The translations under genes were made by a program, and so were the position numbers. A stretch of DNA of 64,000 nt from an uncultured bacterium (GTDB lineage Bacteria > Patescibacteriota > Minisyncoccia > Phycocordibacterales > UBA11359): NCBI GenBank assembly GCA_903831815.1, contig CAIKZC010000009.1, positions 5,576 through 69,575 on the forward strand. Direction: 5' to 3'. The notes beneath the pieces are model-generated. The model worked only from the letters and a program-made list of their open reading frames with translations, ran no database searches and was not told the DNA's origin. Of the stretch, positions 47,448 through 56,652 are shown piece after piece (the first letter of the stretch is position 1; every line of letters begins with the position of its first letter).

Positions 47448-48773
47448 TTAATTCGCTACTTCAATTTTGATTTTTGATGCTTCTAACGGAAGAGATGTTT
47501 TCCAGAAAGGTTTTAATGATACTTTAACATTATCGATAGTTGGAAAATTGACCACGACGTTTTGCAGGTCCGATTTTGAAATACCTTTGATATCCTGAGC
47601 GAATTTATTTGTATCAACCACACCAACCAAATCGATCGGTCCGGACAAAGTAAATGTGATCGTTTTTGTCGGCCATGTTGAAGTTGACGAAGCAGTGGAA
47701 ATAAAATGCAAACTTTCCAAACCGCGAATTTCCGCACTGTTGCCCGCCCTCGCACCAACCAGATCCAACGAATTGCCGGCTAAAATTTTACTGACCGCTT
47801 TTTTGTCAAAAACTACGGATGAAATTGTCCCCTGTTCATTTAGAACAACGTGTTGTGCATCCGATCCGGCGCTATCAGCCAAATGTGTGAATGAAATCTT
47901 GCTTGCCGAATCAAATATTACCGAGTTCACGGTTTTCTGAGCTTGAACTTGTCGCAATAATTGTTGCTTTAAACGTGCTTCCATTTTATCTTGAGCAATT
48001 TGTCGATCTGAAGGAGAGACTCCAAAACTGTTTTCGTCGGCGCCACCAATCATTGCCGTTTTAGAACGCGCAAATATTTTTGCGAAACGATTGGCATCAT
48101 TGGCAAAACCGGGAATGGTAAAGTCGACGAGATCGATATTGTATTTCGAACCGGTTTGATCGGCAAAAACGGTAACAGACAAACTACCCGGCACGGATTT
48201 ACCGTTGACGACATGAGTTCCAGGGACGTTAATCGTATTTTGAATGCGATAGATCAAACCGTCCGGTGTTTGGAATCGCGTATTTTTGACCAGGGTTTGT
48301 GACGCACTCGAATAATTGTTGAAGATCGTGATCTGACCGGAAGCTTTAGTCGGTTTAGATGCAACCGTACCTGTGGAAGTGGAGATTTCACTTTCTTTCG
48401 CACTCAAAGTGATGATCTGATAGGTCAAAGCATCTGGTGTGGTCGTCGCGTCAAACAAAGCCGTGAGCTTGGAATCGATTTGTAGGATCGTTTTTTTGGG
48501 AGTCACCGTGACCGAAGCACTTACCAAAAATTGCATAACGAGAAACAAGACGGCAATAAGCAAGATCGGTATGCAGAACCAGATCCATTTTTTCCCAAGA
48601 TTAAAATTCTTTTTATGATGCTTTTTTAACTTGGCCGGAGAATCCGCAATAGATGCGGTATTATGTTTGCGACTTAATCTTTCTATCAGAAAATCTCTTT
48701 CGCGACGAGTCGGTTCGTCACTCTTACTCGAATTTTTAGACACAACGTCTTGTGTAGAAATCTTTCTAATCAT
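47448..48773 (-). CDS. Bitopic membrane protein with an extracellular beta-rich (baseplate-J-like) region
   Basis: Basic N-terminus, one TM helix, KASG-x-ITIFN, TRF-x-T-x-DGL-x-Y, VPG, FTIPG, GG motifs. Confidence 0.6.
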   Translation of the reverse strand: MIRKISTQDVVSKNSSKSDEPTRRERDFLIERLSRKHNTASIADSPAKLKKHHKKNFNLGKKWIWFCIPILLIAVLFLVMQFLVSASVTVTPKKTILQIDSKLTALFDATTTPDALTYQIITLSAKESEISTSTGTVASKPTKASGQITIFNNYSSASQTLVKNTRFQTPDGLIYRIQNTINVPGTHVVNGKSVPGSLSVTVFADQTGSKYNIDLVDFTIPGFANDANRFAKIFARSKTAMIGGADENSFGVSPSDRQIAQDKMEARLKQQLLRQVQAQKTVNSVIFDSASKISFTHLADSAGSDAQHVVLNEQGTISSVVFDKKAVSKILAGNSLDLVGARAGNSAEIRGLESLHFISTASSTSTWPTKTITFTLSGPIDLVGVVDTNKFAQDIKGISKSDLQNVVVNFPTIDNVKVSLKPFWKTSLPLEASKIKIEVAN

Positions 48774-48780
48774 AAATAAC

Positions 48781-49893
48781 TTATATCATTGTAACAAAAA
48801 TAGATTCAAGAGCAAGGAATTGGTCGGTCGGCACCGAATTTTTATCCAGAAAATTTTTCACGTTTAGATTTTTTAACAAATGAACGGTCTGATTTTGATT
48901 TAACTCCGCGAACATTTTATCGAAAAATACTTCGACATCGAGGTCCGAGATCAAAAATATCGTTTCAGGCACGCTCGGTCTACCATAAATTTCAAGGATG
49001 GCATTATTGAAACTATCGATCCATATTTTTTTGAATTTTTCGGCCGACTCCATTACTTTATCCTGCGTCGTCGGAAGAACCTTGTCCTCAAATGTGGCGC
49101 TGACCAAAAATAGCGAAGCCGGCAGTGAATTTCCCGACCCATCCGAGACCGCTTTTATCAAAGCCGTCTTGCCCGGAGAAAATGAGAGATTTTTAGTCAG
49201 CGCGCCATCAACGACGGAAGATAGATCAGTCACCTCGCCGCGAACGTCAACGATCAAAAAATTATGCTCATTCGGCATGATCCCCGACATAGCGCCAAAT
49301 ACAGCCAACGAAAAAGACGACATTTCATTGCGTCTGACATGAAAATGTTTTTCAACAACTCTGCGCACTGATTCCAGAATGTCTTTTTGAACGATGCTGG
49401 CAAAAAATGCCACCTCCACCGTTTTTGCTTTTTTATTATACGGATTTGGCGTGTCATATCCGTTCAATCTGATACGAATTATTTTATGCTCGATGATCTC
49501 GCTCACGACACTCGAACCTTTCAAATATTCTTCTTCTGCTTGTTGGGTCAACTTTTCGATATCATGTTTCGCGACCTGAAACAGCGCGTCTTTCTCGACT
49601 TTCAAAAATTTCGTTTCAGAAGTGCACCAAGGCGATGAAAAAATAATGTGTGATTTATCAAAAGGTGTATGTTGTTTGATAACGGCTTCCATGGTCAGCT
49701 CGAGCGCCTGCACCGTGCTGGCAACCGAGTGACTCCTTTCCGCTTCACTTAGTAACGCTATAGGCGAACGAGTACAAAAAACTATTTTGGGCGATTCGTT
49801 TTCGGTAACGGAAACGAGGGCCGCGCCGACGCTACTACTACCTATATCTATAGTGAGAATCGTTTGTCCCTTTTTTTGTTTTGAAAAAAACAT
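48781..49893 (-). CDS. Actin-like ATPase-fold protein (FtsA/PilM-like, divergent)
   Basis: IDIGSSSV phosphate-1 motif; LIVDVRGEVTD phosphate-2-like motif; LNGY. Confidence 0.65.
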   Translation of the reverse strand: MFFSKQKKGQTILTIDIGSSSVGAALVSVTENESPKIVFCTRSPIALLSEAERSHSVASTVQALELTMEAVIKQHTPFDKSHIIFSSPWCTSETKFLKVEKDALFQVAKHDIEKLTQQAEEEYLKGSSVVSEIIEHKIIRIRLNGYDTPNPYNKKAKTVEVAFFASIVQKDILESVRRVVEKHFHVRRNEMSSFSLAVFGAMSGIMPNEHNFLIVDVRGEVTDLSSVVDGALTKNLSFSPGKTALIKAVSDGSGNSLPASLFLVSATFEDKVLPTTQDKVMESAEKFKKIWIDSFNNAILEIYGRPSVPETIFLISDLDVEVFFDKMFAELNQNQTVHLLKNLNVKNFLDKNSVPTDQFLALESIFVTMI

Positions 49894-49978
49894 ATTTTTT
49901 GAGCGATCAATTGATTAATTCAGTATATCATGAACATAAGCCCGGATCGTATGTGGACAACCTAATCTAAATGATCGT

Positions 49979-50344
49979 CTAATTTAGGCCGTGGCAGTTT
50001 AACGAGGGTTTGTATCCGGATTTTTCGGCAGCGCTTCGAGTTGCAAACCAAACCTTATTTTTATCCTTGATTCTTTCGGCAATTCCGCACCATGGAAAAT
50101 AATATGAACCTCCGTTCTTTGAAGCGACGTAACTTCCCTCTTTTCCACTTAAGTTCGTGGAAAAAGCCTCCTCTGCAATGCTTACATTGAACATTCTTTG
50201 AACATTAAATAGATTTACTAACCGCACAGAACCGATAAGCAAAATCGTGAGCATAAATAAGCTAACGACAACGAAAATCGGCCATTTTTGAAGGCTTTCC
50301 ATCAAAGACTTGCTTTTTTCCAGTTTTTCTTTTATACTCGGCAT
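49979..50344 (-). CDS. TM protein with Ada metal-binding-like domain
   Basis: YVASKNG-x-x-YYFPWC ... N-x-VWF ... A-x-x-x-GYKP-x-x-NC. Confidence 0.7.
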   Translation of the reverse strand: MPSIKEKLEKSKSLMESLQKWPIFVVVSLFMLTILLIGSVRLVNLFNVQRMFNVSIAEEAFSTNLSGKEGSYVASKNGGSYYFPWCGIAERIKDKNKVWFATRSAAEKSGYKPSLNCHGLN

Positions 50345-50370
50345 TACACTATTTATTATATCAGACCTAT

Positions 50371-50652
50371 ATGGCACATAAAAAAGCTGGTGGATCAACA
50401 AAAAACCTACGTGACTCAAACCCAAAGTTTTTGGGTGTGAAGCTCAATGATGGCGCAACCGCACAAGCGGGCTCCGTTATCATTCGTCAGCGTGGCACAA
50501 AATTCATGGCCGGCAAGAATGTTGGCATGGGCCGAGATCATACTCTCTTTTCTCTTGGCGCAGGTAAAGTTGAAATCAAAAACAAAAGAAAAAATAACTT
50601 CGACGGTTCAATAAGTACTCAAAAAATCGTCCACGTTGTAGAAGTGAAGTAA
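50371..50652 (+). CDS. rpmA: 50S ribosomal protein L27
   Basis: [10 protein letters not shown]-x-N-x-RDS, IIRQRGT, GRDHTL. Confidence 0.97.
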   Translation: MAHKKAGGSTKNLRDSNPKFLGVKLNDGATAQAGSVIIRQRGTKFMAGKNVGMGRDHTLFSLGAGKVEIKNKRKNNFDGSISTQKIVHVVEVK

Positions 50653-50701
50653 ACAAAATAAAAAAACATCTTCGAACGAAGATGTTTTTTTATTTTGTTT
50701 A
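50650..50701. terminator. Bidirectional terminator, about 25-bp perfect inverted repeat spanning both stop codons
   Basis: TAAACAAAATAAAAAAACATCTTCG-aa-CGAAGATGTTTTTTTATTTTGTTTA. Confidence 0.85.
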
Positions 50702-53047
50702 ATAATTATTAAGAATGTACTTCCTCGTAATCGGTCCGAAGTAACCACTGGCCGGTGTGATGCCGTGTGCTTTCTGAAATTTGATGAGGGCCGTATGGGT
50801 AGCGGAACCGAAGTAATTGGTCTCGTGGTGAGGAGAACCGGCACCGGTTTTGGCAACGATGAAACCATAAGAGTTTAGGAACTGTTGGAGAGCCAGAATA
50901 GAAGTGTCAGTTTGACCGAATTTTAAATCGTGACTATTTATTAGAATTGGAGTAAATGAGGAGGATGAAGTTACAGGAGGAGTGGTGGAAGGAGTAACAG
51001 GGGCGGAAACAGTAGGAATGATTGGTAAATTAGTGATATTTGGAGTTTGGATTGTCGCTAGATACGCGGCACGAGCGGCGGGACTAAATCCACCGGAGGA
51101 GTGAACGGGGGTAGGAGGTGTTGATGTAGGTGTCGGTGTTGGAGTTTCTGCAACAGGTTCATTTAATGTGACACTAGAGATGATTGGGGTAACGTTGGTG
51201 TCTGGTGTGGTGAGATTTAAACGGGTTTGAAACCAAGCGGAGTTGCTAGGAACAGTGAATGGACAATGTGAAGAGGAACAAGCGTCACTCCAACTTCCCC
51301 AGGCACTGTCAGGGAAAGTGATAATAAAGTTTCTAATGTCCAGACTGTCGCTAGAAAGAGCTTCGCTGGGATAATCAACTTCAAAACCCATATTAGTAAT
51401 AGGCTTATCAATGGCAAAGGTCATAGTTTTCCATTCATTATCAGAAAGAGCAGTAACGCCATAATCGTTATCATAATCACCGGTATAAAGCCAGAAAGCA
51501 CTGGCTGTACCATGGGATCGGACCTGTATAGAAATCGTGGAACCCGCAGGAACCGGTGATTCCTCGGTGTAACCAGTGTCAATCCATATATAATTAGCAA
51601 CATCTATCGTTGGATCAGCTAAAGTTAGAATACCACCACTTTCTGTTATGGCGTTATATGGAGCTCCATAATCAAATAAGTCAACAATTTTTGAATTGGC
51701 TACCAAATCGGCGAAATCAGCGTGCCATACAGCGTTAGAGTCCCCCGTTCTTGATTGAACACTTACCTCCCCACTACCAGTATTGTTAATTGAGATGTTG
51801 GAAAAAGGAGTGGAAGAAGAAATGGAAATTGGAAGTGTATTGAAACTGCCGGAAGGAAAATATTGAGTTGTGCCGGCAGCTTCTGTTTTTGCGTCAATAA
51901 CAATAACACCGGCCCATCCAGTATTGACATACAAAAGGCTAGAGGAAGCATCAAGGAAGGAAGAATGAACATAGCTATCACCGATACTCAGAGAAGAGGT
52001 GTTGGTGTAATTTTTTACCAAGGTATTTGTTTCTGTGTTAATAACATTAAGACCACCGAGCACCGTACTCACATATAAAAGACTGGAGGAGGAGGCGAAA
52101 AAGGATGATAAAACATTGTTGTCCGCAATCGCCGGAGTGGAAGTGGTTGTATAATTCTTTACCAATGTATTCGTTTTGGTATTAATAACGGATAGACCAC
52201 CACCCCACGTACTCACATATAAATAACCTGAAGAGGTGTCGAGGAAGGAGGATTTTACCTCATTGTTTACAATCGCCGGAGTGGTAGCGGTGGTATAAGT
52301 TTTTACTAATGTATTGGTATTTGTGTTAATAACAGAAACACCACCTTGAGTGCTCACATATAAAAGGCTAGAAGAGGCGTCGAGGAAAGAATTATTTACG
52401 TATCTGTTTATTATGGCAGGGTTAGTAGCAGAGGTGTACGTTTTTGCCAATGTATCCGTCTTTGTATTAATAACAGAAAGACCATTCCATGTATTTACAT
52501 ACAAGAGGCTGGAAGAGGCGTCGAGGAAGGAGGATTGTACATTATTATTTACAATCGCCGGAGTGGTGGCGGTGGTATAGTTTTTAACTAATGTATCTGT
52601 CTTTGTATTAATGACTGAAAGACCATCTTGCGTACTTACATACAAGAGACTAGAAGAGGCGTCGAAAAAGGAGGACATAATATAGTTGGATATAATCGCC
52701 GGAGATGACGTTTTTGAATAATTTTTTACCAGCGTATTCGTCTTTGTATTAATAACAGAAAGACCATCACTATAAGTACTCACATACAGAAAACTGGAGG
52801 AAGCGTCGAGGAAGGACGAAAAAATTGAATTATCTGCAATTGCGGGGACGGAAGTTTTAGTATAAGTTTTGACATATTTTAAGAGTGTTACATCTTGTGA
52901 CGATCCATCGTATCTTGCTGTACTAGGACTGCCAACAGAATATCCTGTGCTTAAATTTAAATCAGTTGACGTACTTGCCAAAACGGTAGGAGTTATAATA
53001 ATTACACCGACTAATCCAAAAAAAGATAGAAGAAACTTTTTTTTCAT
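50699..53047 (-). CDS. Secreted 7-blade beta-propeller surface protein with C-terminal peptidoglycan-binding domain
   Basis: Signal peptide, seven ~47-aa repeats, beta-sandwich-like region, P/T linker, LQQFLN ... YFG ... FQ ... GYFGPITR (PG_binding_1-like). Confidence 0.82.
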   Translation of the reverse strand: MKKKFLLSFFGLVGVIIITPTVLASTSTDLNLSTGYSVGSPSTARYDGSSQDVTLLKYVKTYTKTSVPAIADNSIFSSFLDASSSFLYVSTYSDGLSVINTKTNTLVKNYSKTSSPAIISNYIMSSFFDASSSLLYVSTQDGLSVINTKTDTLVKNYTTATTPAIVNNNVQSSFLDASSSLLYVNTWNGLSVINTKTDTLAKTYTSATNPAIINRYVNNSFLDASSSLLYVSTQGGVSVINTNTNTLVKTYTTATTPAIVNNEVKSSFLDTSSGYLYVSTWGGGLSVINTKTNTLVKNYTTTSTPAIADNNVLSSFFASSSSLLYVSTVLGGLNVINTETNTLVKNYTNTSSLSIGDSYVHSSFLDASSSLLYVNTGWAGVIVIDAKTEAAGTTQYFPSGSFNTLPISISSSTPFSNISINNTGSGEVSVQSRTGDSNAVWHADFADLVANSKIVDLFDYGAPYNAITESGGILTLADPTIDVANYIWIDTGYTEESPVPAGSTISIQVRSHGTASAFWLYTGDYDNDYGVTALSDNEWKTMTFAIDKPITNMGFEVDYPSEALSSDSLDIRNFIITFPDSAWGSWSDACSSSHCPFTVPSNSAWFQTRLNLTTPDTNVTPIISSVTLNEPVAETPTPTPTSTPPTPVHSSGGFSPAARAAYLATIQTPNITNLPIIPTVSAPVTPSTTPPVTSSSSFTPILINSHDLKFGQTDTSILALQQFLNSYGFIVAKTGAGSPHHETNYFGSATHTALIKFQKAHGITPASGYFGPITRKYILNNY
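51890..52870 (-). repeat. Seven tandem ~141-nt coding repeats (propeller blades)
   Basis: Recurring SSFLDASSSLLYVST-x-x-GLSVINTKTNTLVKNYT-x-x-x-x-PAI; DNA similarity visible (GAGGCGTCGAGGAAGG). Confidence 0.85.
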
Positions 53048-53126
53048 GCCATTTATTATAGCAAAAAAACACATATAATTAAACACAGAATTCTGTGGAT
53101 AACTTTAAAGGTTTTATATATCTAAC

Positions 53127-53570
53127 TTATTCAGCGATAACTTTTAGAGTAAAGATTGCTGACTCCTTTCCGACTTTGATAGTAATTTCGTGATCGCCGG
53201 CTTCTTTGATTGGTTTTTCAACGTGTAAATAGCTGGCCGGAAGTTCTACGTTAGTTTTAGATTTAATGAGTGAACTAACTTGATCGAGGTGGATAGCGGC
53301 AAACAAATGACCTTTTTCGTTAACTTTTTGAATCATTTCAAAAACTTTGCCATGGATTGCTTTGAGGTTTTTAACAATCACTTCTTCTAAGCGTTTCATT
53401 GAGGCTTCAACTGCGGCTTTTTTGGATTCCAAAGACTTAAGAGATGCGGGTGTGGCAATTTCTACCAACCCTTTTGGAATAAGCATATTCAAAGCGTGTC
53501 CGTCGGACACATCTTTTACTTCATATTTCTTACCTAATTTTGCCACATCGGCGTTTAATATCACTTTCAT
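53127..53570 (-). CDS. rplI: 50S ribosomal protein L9
   Basis: MKVIL-x-x-DV-x-x-LG, V-x-DGHA-x-N-x-LIPKG. Confidence 0.95.
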   Translation of the reverse strand: MKVILNADVAKLGKKYEVKDVSDGHALNMLIPKGLVEIATPASLKSLESKKAAVEASMKRLEEVIVKNLKAIHGKVFEMIQKVNEKGHLFAAIHLDQVSSLIKSKTNVELPASYLHVEKPIKEAGDHEITIKVGKESAIFTLKVIAE

Positions 53571-53635
53571 AGTACGGTCGATTATACACGAATATATAGA
53601 TTTGTCTAGAAATATTTTCGCATATCCACCAAAAC

Positions 53636-53664
53636 TTGACATATTTGTATAAAGGAAGTATAGT
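53636..53664 (+). promoter_or_regulatory. sigma70 promoter TTGACA-17-TATAGT
   Basis: Near-perfect consensus, driving the two-gene orphan cassette. Confidence 0.75.
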
Positions 53665-53750
53665 ATCTGAGGAAATAAGTACTTTCACATAGATCATAAG
53701 CTGTGTTGGCTTTATGGGAAATGCGGGGAAAAACAACAGGAGTTCTATTT

Positions 53751-54320
53751 ATGTCAGAACAAAACCAAGCGCCAACTGCGCAAGGTCCCGTAACAACGGG
53801 AATTATCGTTCAGAATCGAACCGAGATCATCCATCAGATGATCCACGGTGCGATGACTGAGCATCTCTCAGCAGGCACCCCTCGTTTAGGGGTCAAGCTC
53901 TCTTACATGATCAAGCTTGTGGTAACCCACCGCTTGACCAAAGACGAGGTAGACCAGATCATCTACACTCGGAGCAAGGGTTACGCCAAAGTGGCGACTT
54001 TCCGCAGATACCTGCTGAAAGATTGCTCCGTTCAGGAGATCTACACCGCTATCGAAGCGCGTGAAGAGATCCAGACGGCAACTGGATGCTCGGTCTCGAT
54101 CGGGAAAGTCATCAGGTTCATTAGGCAGTTCGAATCTCTCCTCTCAGCCGATGACGGAGAGAGTGTCGCCGACGCCGTTCTCAAATGCTGCGAAGCATTT
54201 GGTGAAGCGGTCGGAAGATACCTCTACCCGGACCAAGTGATCTCCGCCGTTTGCAAGACGGCTAGGGACCACCAGATCGTATCCTATGAAGAAGTGCTCG
54301 ATCTCATGCAAAAGGGATAG
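53751..54320 (+). CDS. Orphan hypothetical protein
   Basis: AGGAG SD; GC-richer codon usage than neighbours. Confidence 0.6.
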   Translation: MSEQNQAPTAQGPVTTGIIVQNRTEIIHQMIHGAMTEHLSAGTPRLGVKLSYMIKLVVTHRLTKDEVDQIIYTRSKGYAKVATFRRYLLKDCSVQEIYTAIEAREEIQTATGCSVSIGKVIRFIRQFESLLSADDGESVADAVLKCCEAFGEAVGRYLYPDQVISAVCKTARDHQIVSYEEVLDLMQKG

Positions 54321-54387
54321 ACTGGTGATTGGGTAATCGGGCGTTGGCATCTGATGCCAACGCCCTTCTCTTTTCAAGGAGACAGAA

Positions 54388-55272
54388 ATGCGAACCGAAA
54401 AAAACCCGTTTGAAACGATAGGGTTGAGCAGTCAAGTGTTAAAGGGACTTAGCACCGAAGAGATCATCGTCCTCGCCAAGCAACTCTATCGCGGCTGGAT
54501 GATGATACGTCACCAAGACCGAGGTGGAAGCCAGCAGGAAAATGCCGCGCTGAATGACGCGATCGCCGAGATCGAAAAACCCGAGTCCGTGATGTTCTGG
54601 GTTGAGGATGCGAAAAAACCCCAACAGAAAAAGCTGCGAGAAACTGCTGACAAGGCAATTGCGTATGCAAATGTCATGGAGCAGAGACTCGTTGAATACC
54701 TTTCCAAAATGGCCAGTTTGCCACAGGCTGTAATTATCGGAGAAGGCAGCATTCTTGTTCATGATGTGATGAGAACGAAAATGCTATCGGACATGATCAA
54801 AAAGTCCGACAGTCGAACGGTGACAAACTTTTCCTATGTGCCGGAAACGTTCTTTGAACTAGAAATCAATCCGGATGGCACACTCCAATGTCACACCCTG
54901 GTTGAAGTCAGGATTCAAGGATCGACGGAAGAGTGCTGGCACGTGGGAACAGCGAAAAAGAGGCTTAGGTTGAAGAGAAGCGGCACCACCAAATCACCTG
55001 ACTACAGACTGGTGGGAACAATCTCCAATCTCGACCTCAACATAAGTCGGGACAAAACCCAGGGTTTTCAATCCCTGTTACCAAGCAGTCAGTACATGGC
55101 CAGCGAGAAGATCACTGACCCGACACGCGGATACTCTCTCGACGAGTTCAGACCTTATCTTGAGAAGCTCTGCCCGAGATTTTCGGACCAGTACGATATT
55201 CTCATTGGAATGGAACCGTTCAGCCAAAAGTTTTTCGTTGTCGGCAGACGAACGATCGGCGAATTCATGTAG
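54388..55272 (+). CDS. Orphan protein with N-terminal degenerate J-domain (HQD)
   Basis: NPFETIGL ... YR-x-x-MMIRHQDRGGS ... LNDAIAEI; AAGGAG SD; terminator at 55294-55324. Confidence 0.6.
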   Translation: MRTEKNPFETIGLSSQVLKGLSTEEIIVLAKQLYRGWMMIRHQDRGGSQQENAALNDAIAEIEKPESVMFWVEDAKKPQQKKLRETADKAIAYANVMEQRLVEYLSKMASLPQAVIIGEGSILVHDVMRTKMLSDMIKKSDSRTVTNFSYVPETFFELEINPDGTLQCHTLVEVRIQGSTEECWHVGTAKKRLRLKRSGTTKSPDYRLVGTISNLDLNISRDKTQGFQSLLPSSQYMASEKITDPTRGYSLDEFRPYLEKLCPRFSDQYDILIGMEPFSQKFFVVGRRTIGEFM

Positions 55273-55339
55273 TCCAAAAAGTTCATGTCGACAAGGCCGC
55301 GGAGTAAAATCCGCGGCTTTTTTTATTTAGAAAATTATT

Positions 55340-56566
55340 TTACGGAAGTTTATTGAGTTCCGAAACCGCCCTATCCATTTGATTGTCGGCTTTTGGATTT
55401 TTTGGATCGGCGATAAATGGCACTACAATATTAGGAGTCAAACCTTTTTCGGATATCCAAGTGCCGTTCGGCGTGAGCCAGCGTGCCACGGTAACTTTCA
55501 AAGAGGTATCCGGAGTGATCGGCAACAATTCTTGTACTGAACCCTTACCGAATGTTTGTTCGCCAATCAATTTAGCCACACCATATTGTTGAAGCGCGCC
55601 GGCAAGAATTTCCGAGGCAGAAGCCGAACCGCCGTTAACCAAAATTTCAAATTGCAAATTTTTGTTAAAAATATTGTATCCCTGACTCTGATATACATTT
55701 TGAGGAGTTGAACTTCCAAAGTCCTCCGTCACAATGGTCTTGCCCATAGGCACAAACCAGCTGGCCATATCAACCGCCGATTCCAAGTATCCTCCGGGAT
55801 TATCTCGCAAGTCCAAAATCAATTTATGCGATCCGGACAAAACAAATTCTCTCAATGCCCCCCTAAAAAGATCGGATGAATTTTGCGAAAAATTATAAAG
55901 ATGAATGACAAAAATATTTCCCGGCAACGTTTCCGTGTCGAGAGTCGGAATCTCAATCGTGTCACGTACCATAGAAAATTCGATCGGATTCTTTACACCT
56001 TTGCGCAAGACGGTGACGACGACGGTCGAACCTTTCGGTCCACGAATCATATTGACCGCTTCATCGACGGACATACCCACGGTTGAAGTTCCGTTTATTT
56101 TTAAAATCTGATCTCCCGATTTGATGCCGGCATTGTATGCCGGATTATTTTTGAGCGGAGCAACAACGGTCATAACATTATTTTGTATGCCGATCTCCAT
56201 GCCAACGCCGTCAAAATTTCCCTGTATCTGTTCGTTAAAATTTTTGGATTCTTCCGGTGGGAAAAATACCGTGTAAGGATCTCCGTAGGAAGCGGCCAAT
56301 CCTTGAATAGCGCCCCAAACTTTATCTTGATCGGTCACGACCGCATGAGCATGCGTCGCCACGAATTTATCTTGAAGAATCTGCCAAGCTTTCCAAAAAG
56401 GTCCGAAGTTTGCAGTTGTAGTTGCGTTGATATCTCCGTCTATAATGTCTTGCACCACTATCTTCTGACTTTCATATCTTCCACCAAAATAGAAACCTCC
56501 GAAAAAAATAATAAAACCTGCTAGGATAGCACCACCGACAATTTTTAATTTGGTGTTTTTGTTCAT
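55340..56566 (-). CDS. ctpA: S41 carboxy-terminal processing protease (PDZ + peptidase)
   Basis: GDPYT, GVG, DLRDNPGG, SASASEI, TFGKGSVQ. Confidence 0.93.
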   Translation of the reverse strand: MNKNTKLKIVGGAILAGFIIFFGGFYFGGRYESQKIVVQDIIDGDINATTTANFGPFWKAWQILQDKFVATHAHAVVTDQDKVWGAIQGLAASYGDPYTVFFPPEESKNFNEQIQGNFDGVGMEIGIQNNVMTVVAPLKNNPAYNAGIKSGDQILKINGTSTVGMSVDEAVNMIRGPKGSTVVVTVLRKGVKNPIEFSMVRDTIEIPTLDTETLPGNIFVIHLYNFSQNSSDLFRGALREFVLSGSHKLILDLRDNPGGYLESAVDMASWFVPMGKTIVTEDFGSSTPQNVYQSQGYNIFNKNLQFEILVNGGSASASEILAGALQQYGVAKLIGEQTFGKGSVQELLPITPDTSLKVTVARWLTPNGTWISEKGLTPNIVVPFIADPKNPKADNQMDRAVSELNKLP

Positions 56567-56652
56567 ATATAAATGTTAAGCCGATTCATTATCTCAAAAT
56601 TGACAATATAAATCAATTTTAATTTAAAAATTAAAATGATATACTATTCTGC

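Noticed and set aside
51890-52870. Tandem repeats as a CRISPR array or DGR template/variable repeats
   Set aside because: Units are ~141 nt, in frame and protein-coding with no spacers. No reverse transcriptase or cas gene is in the window.
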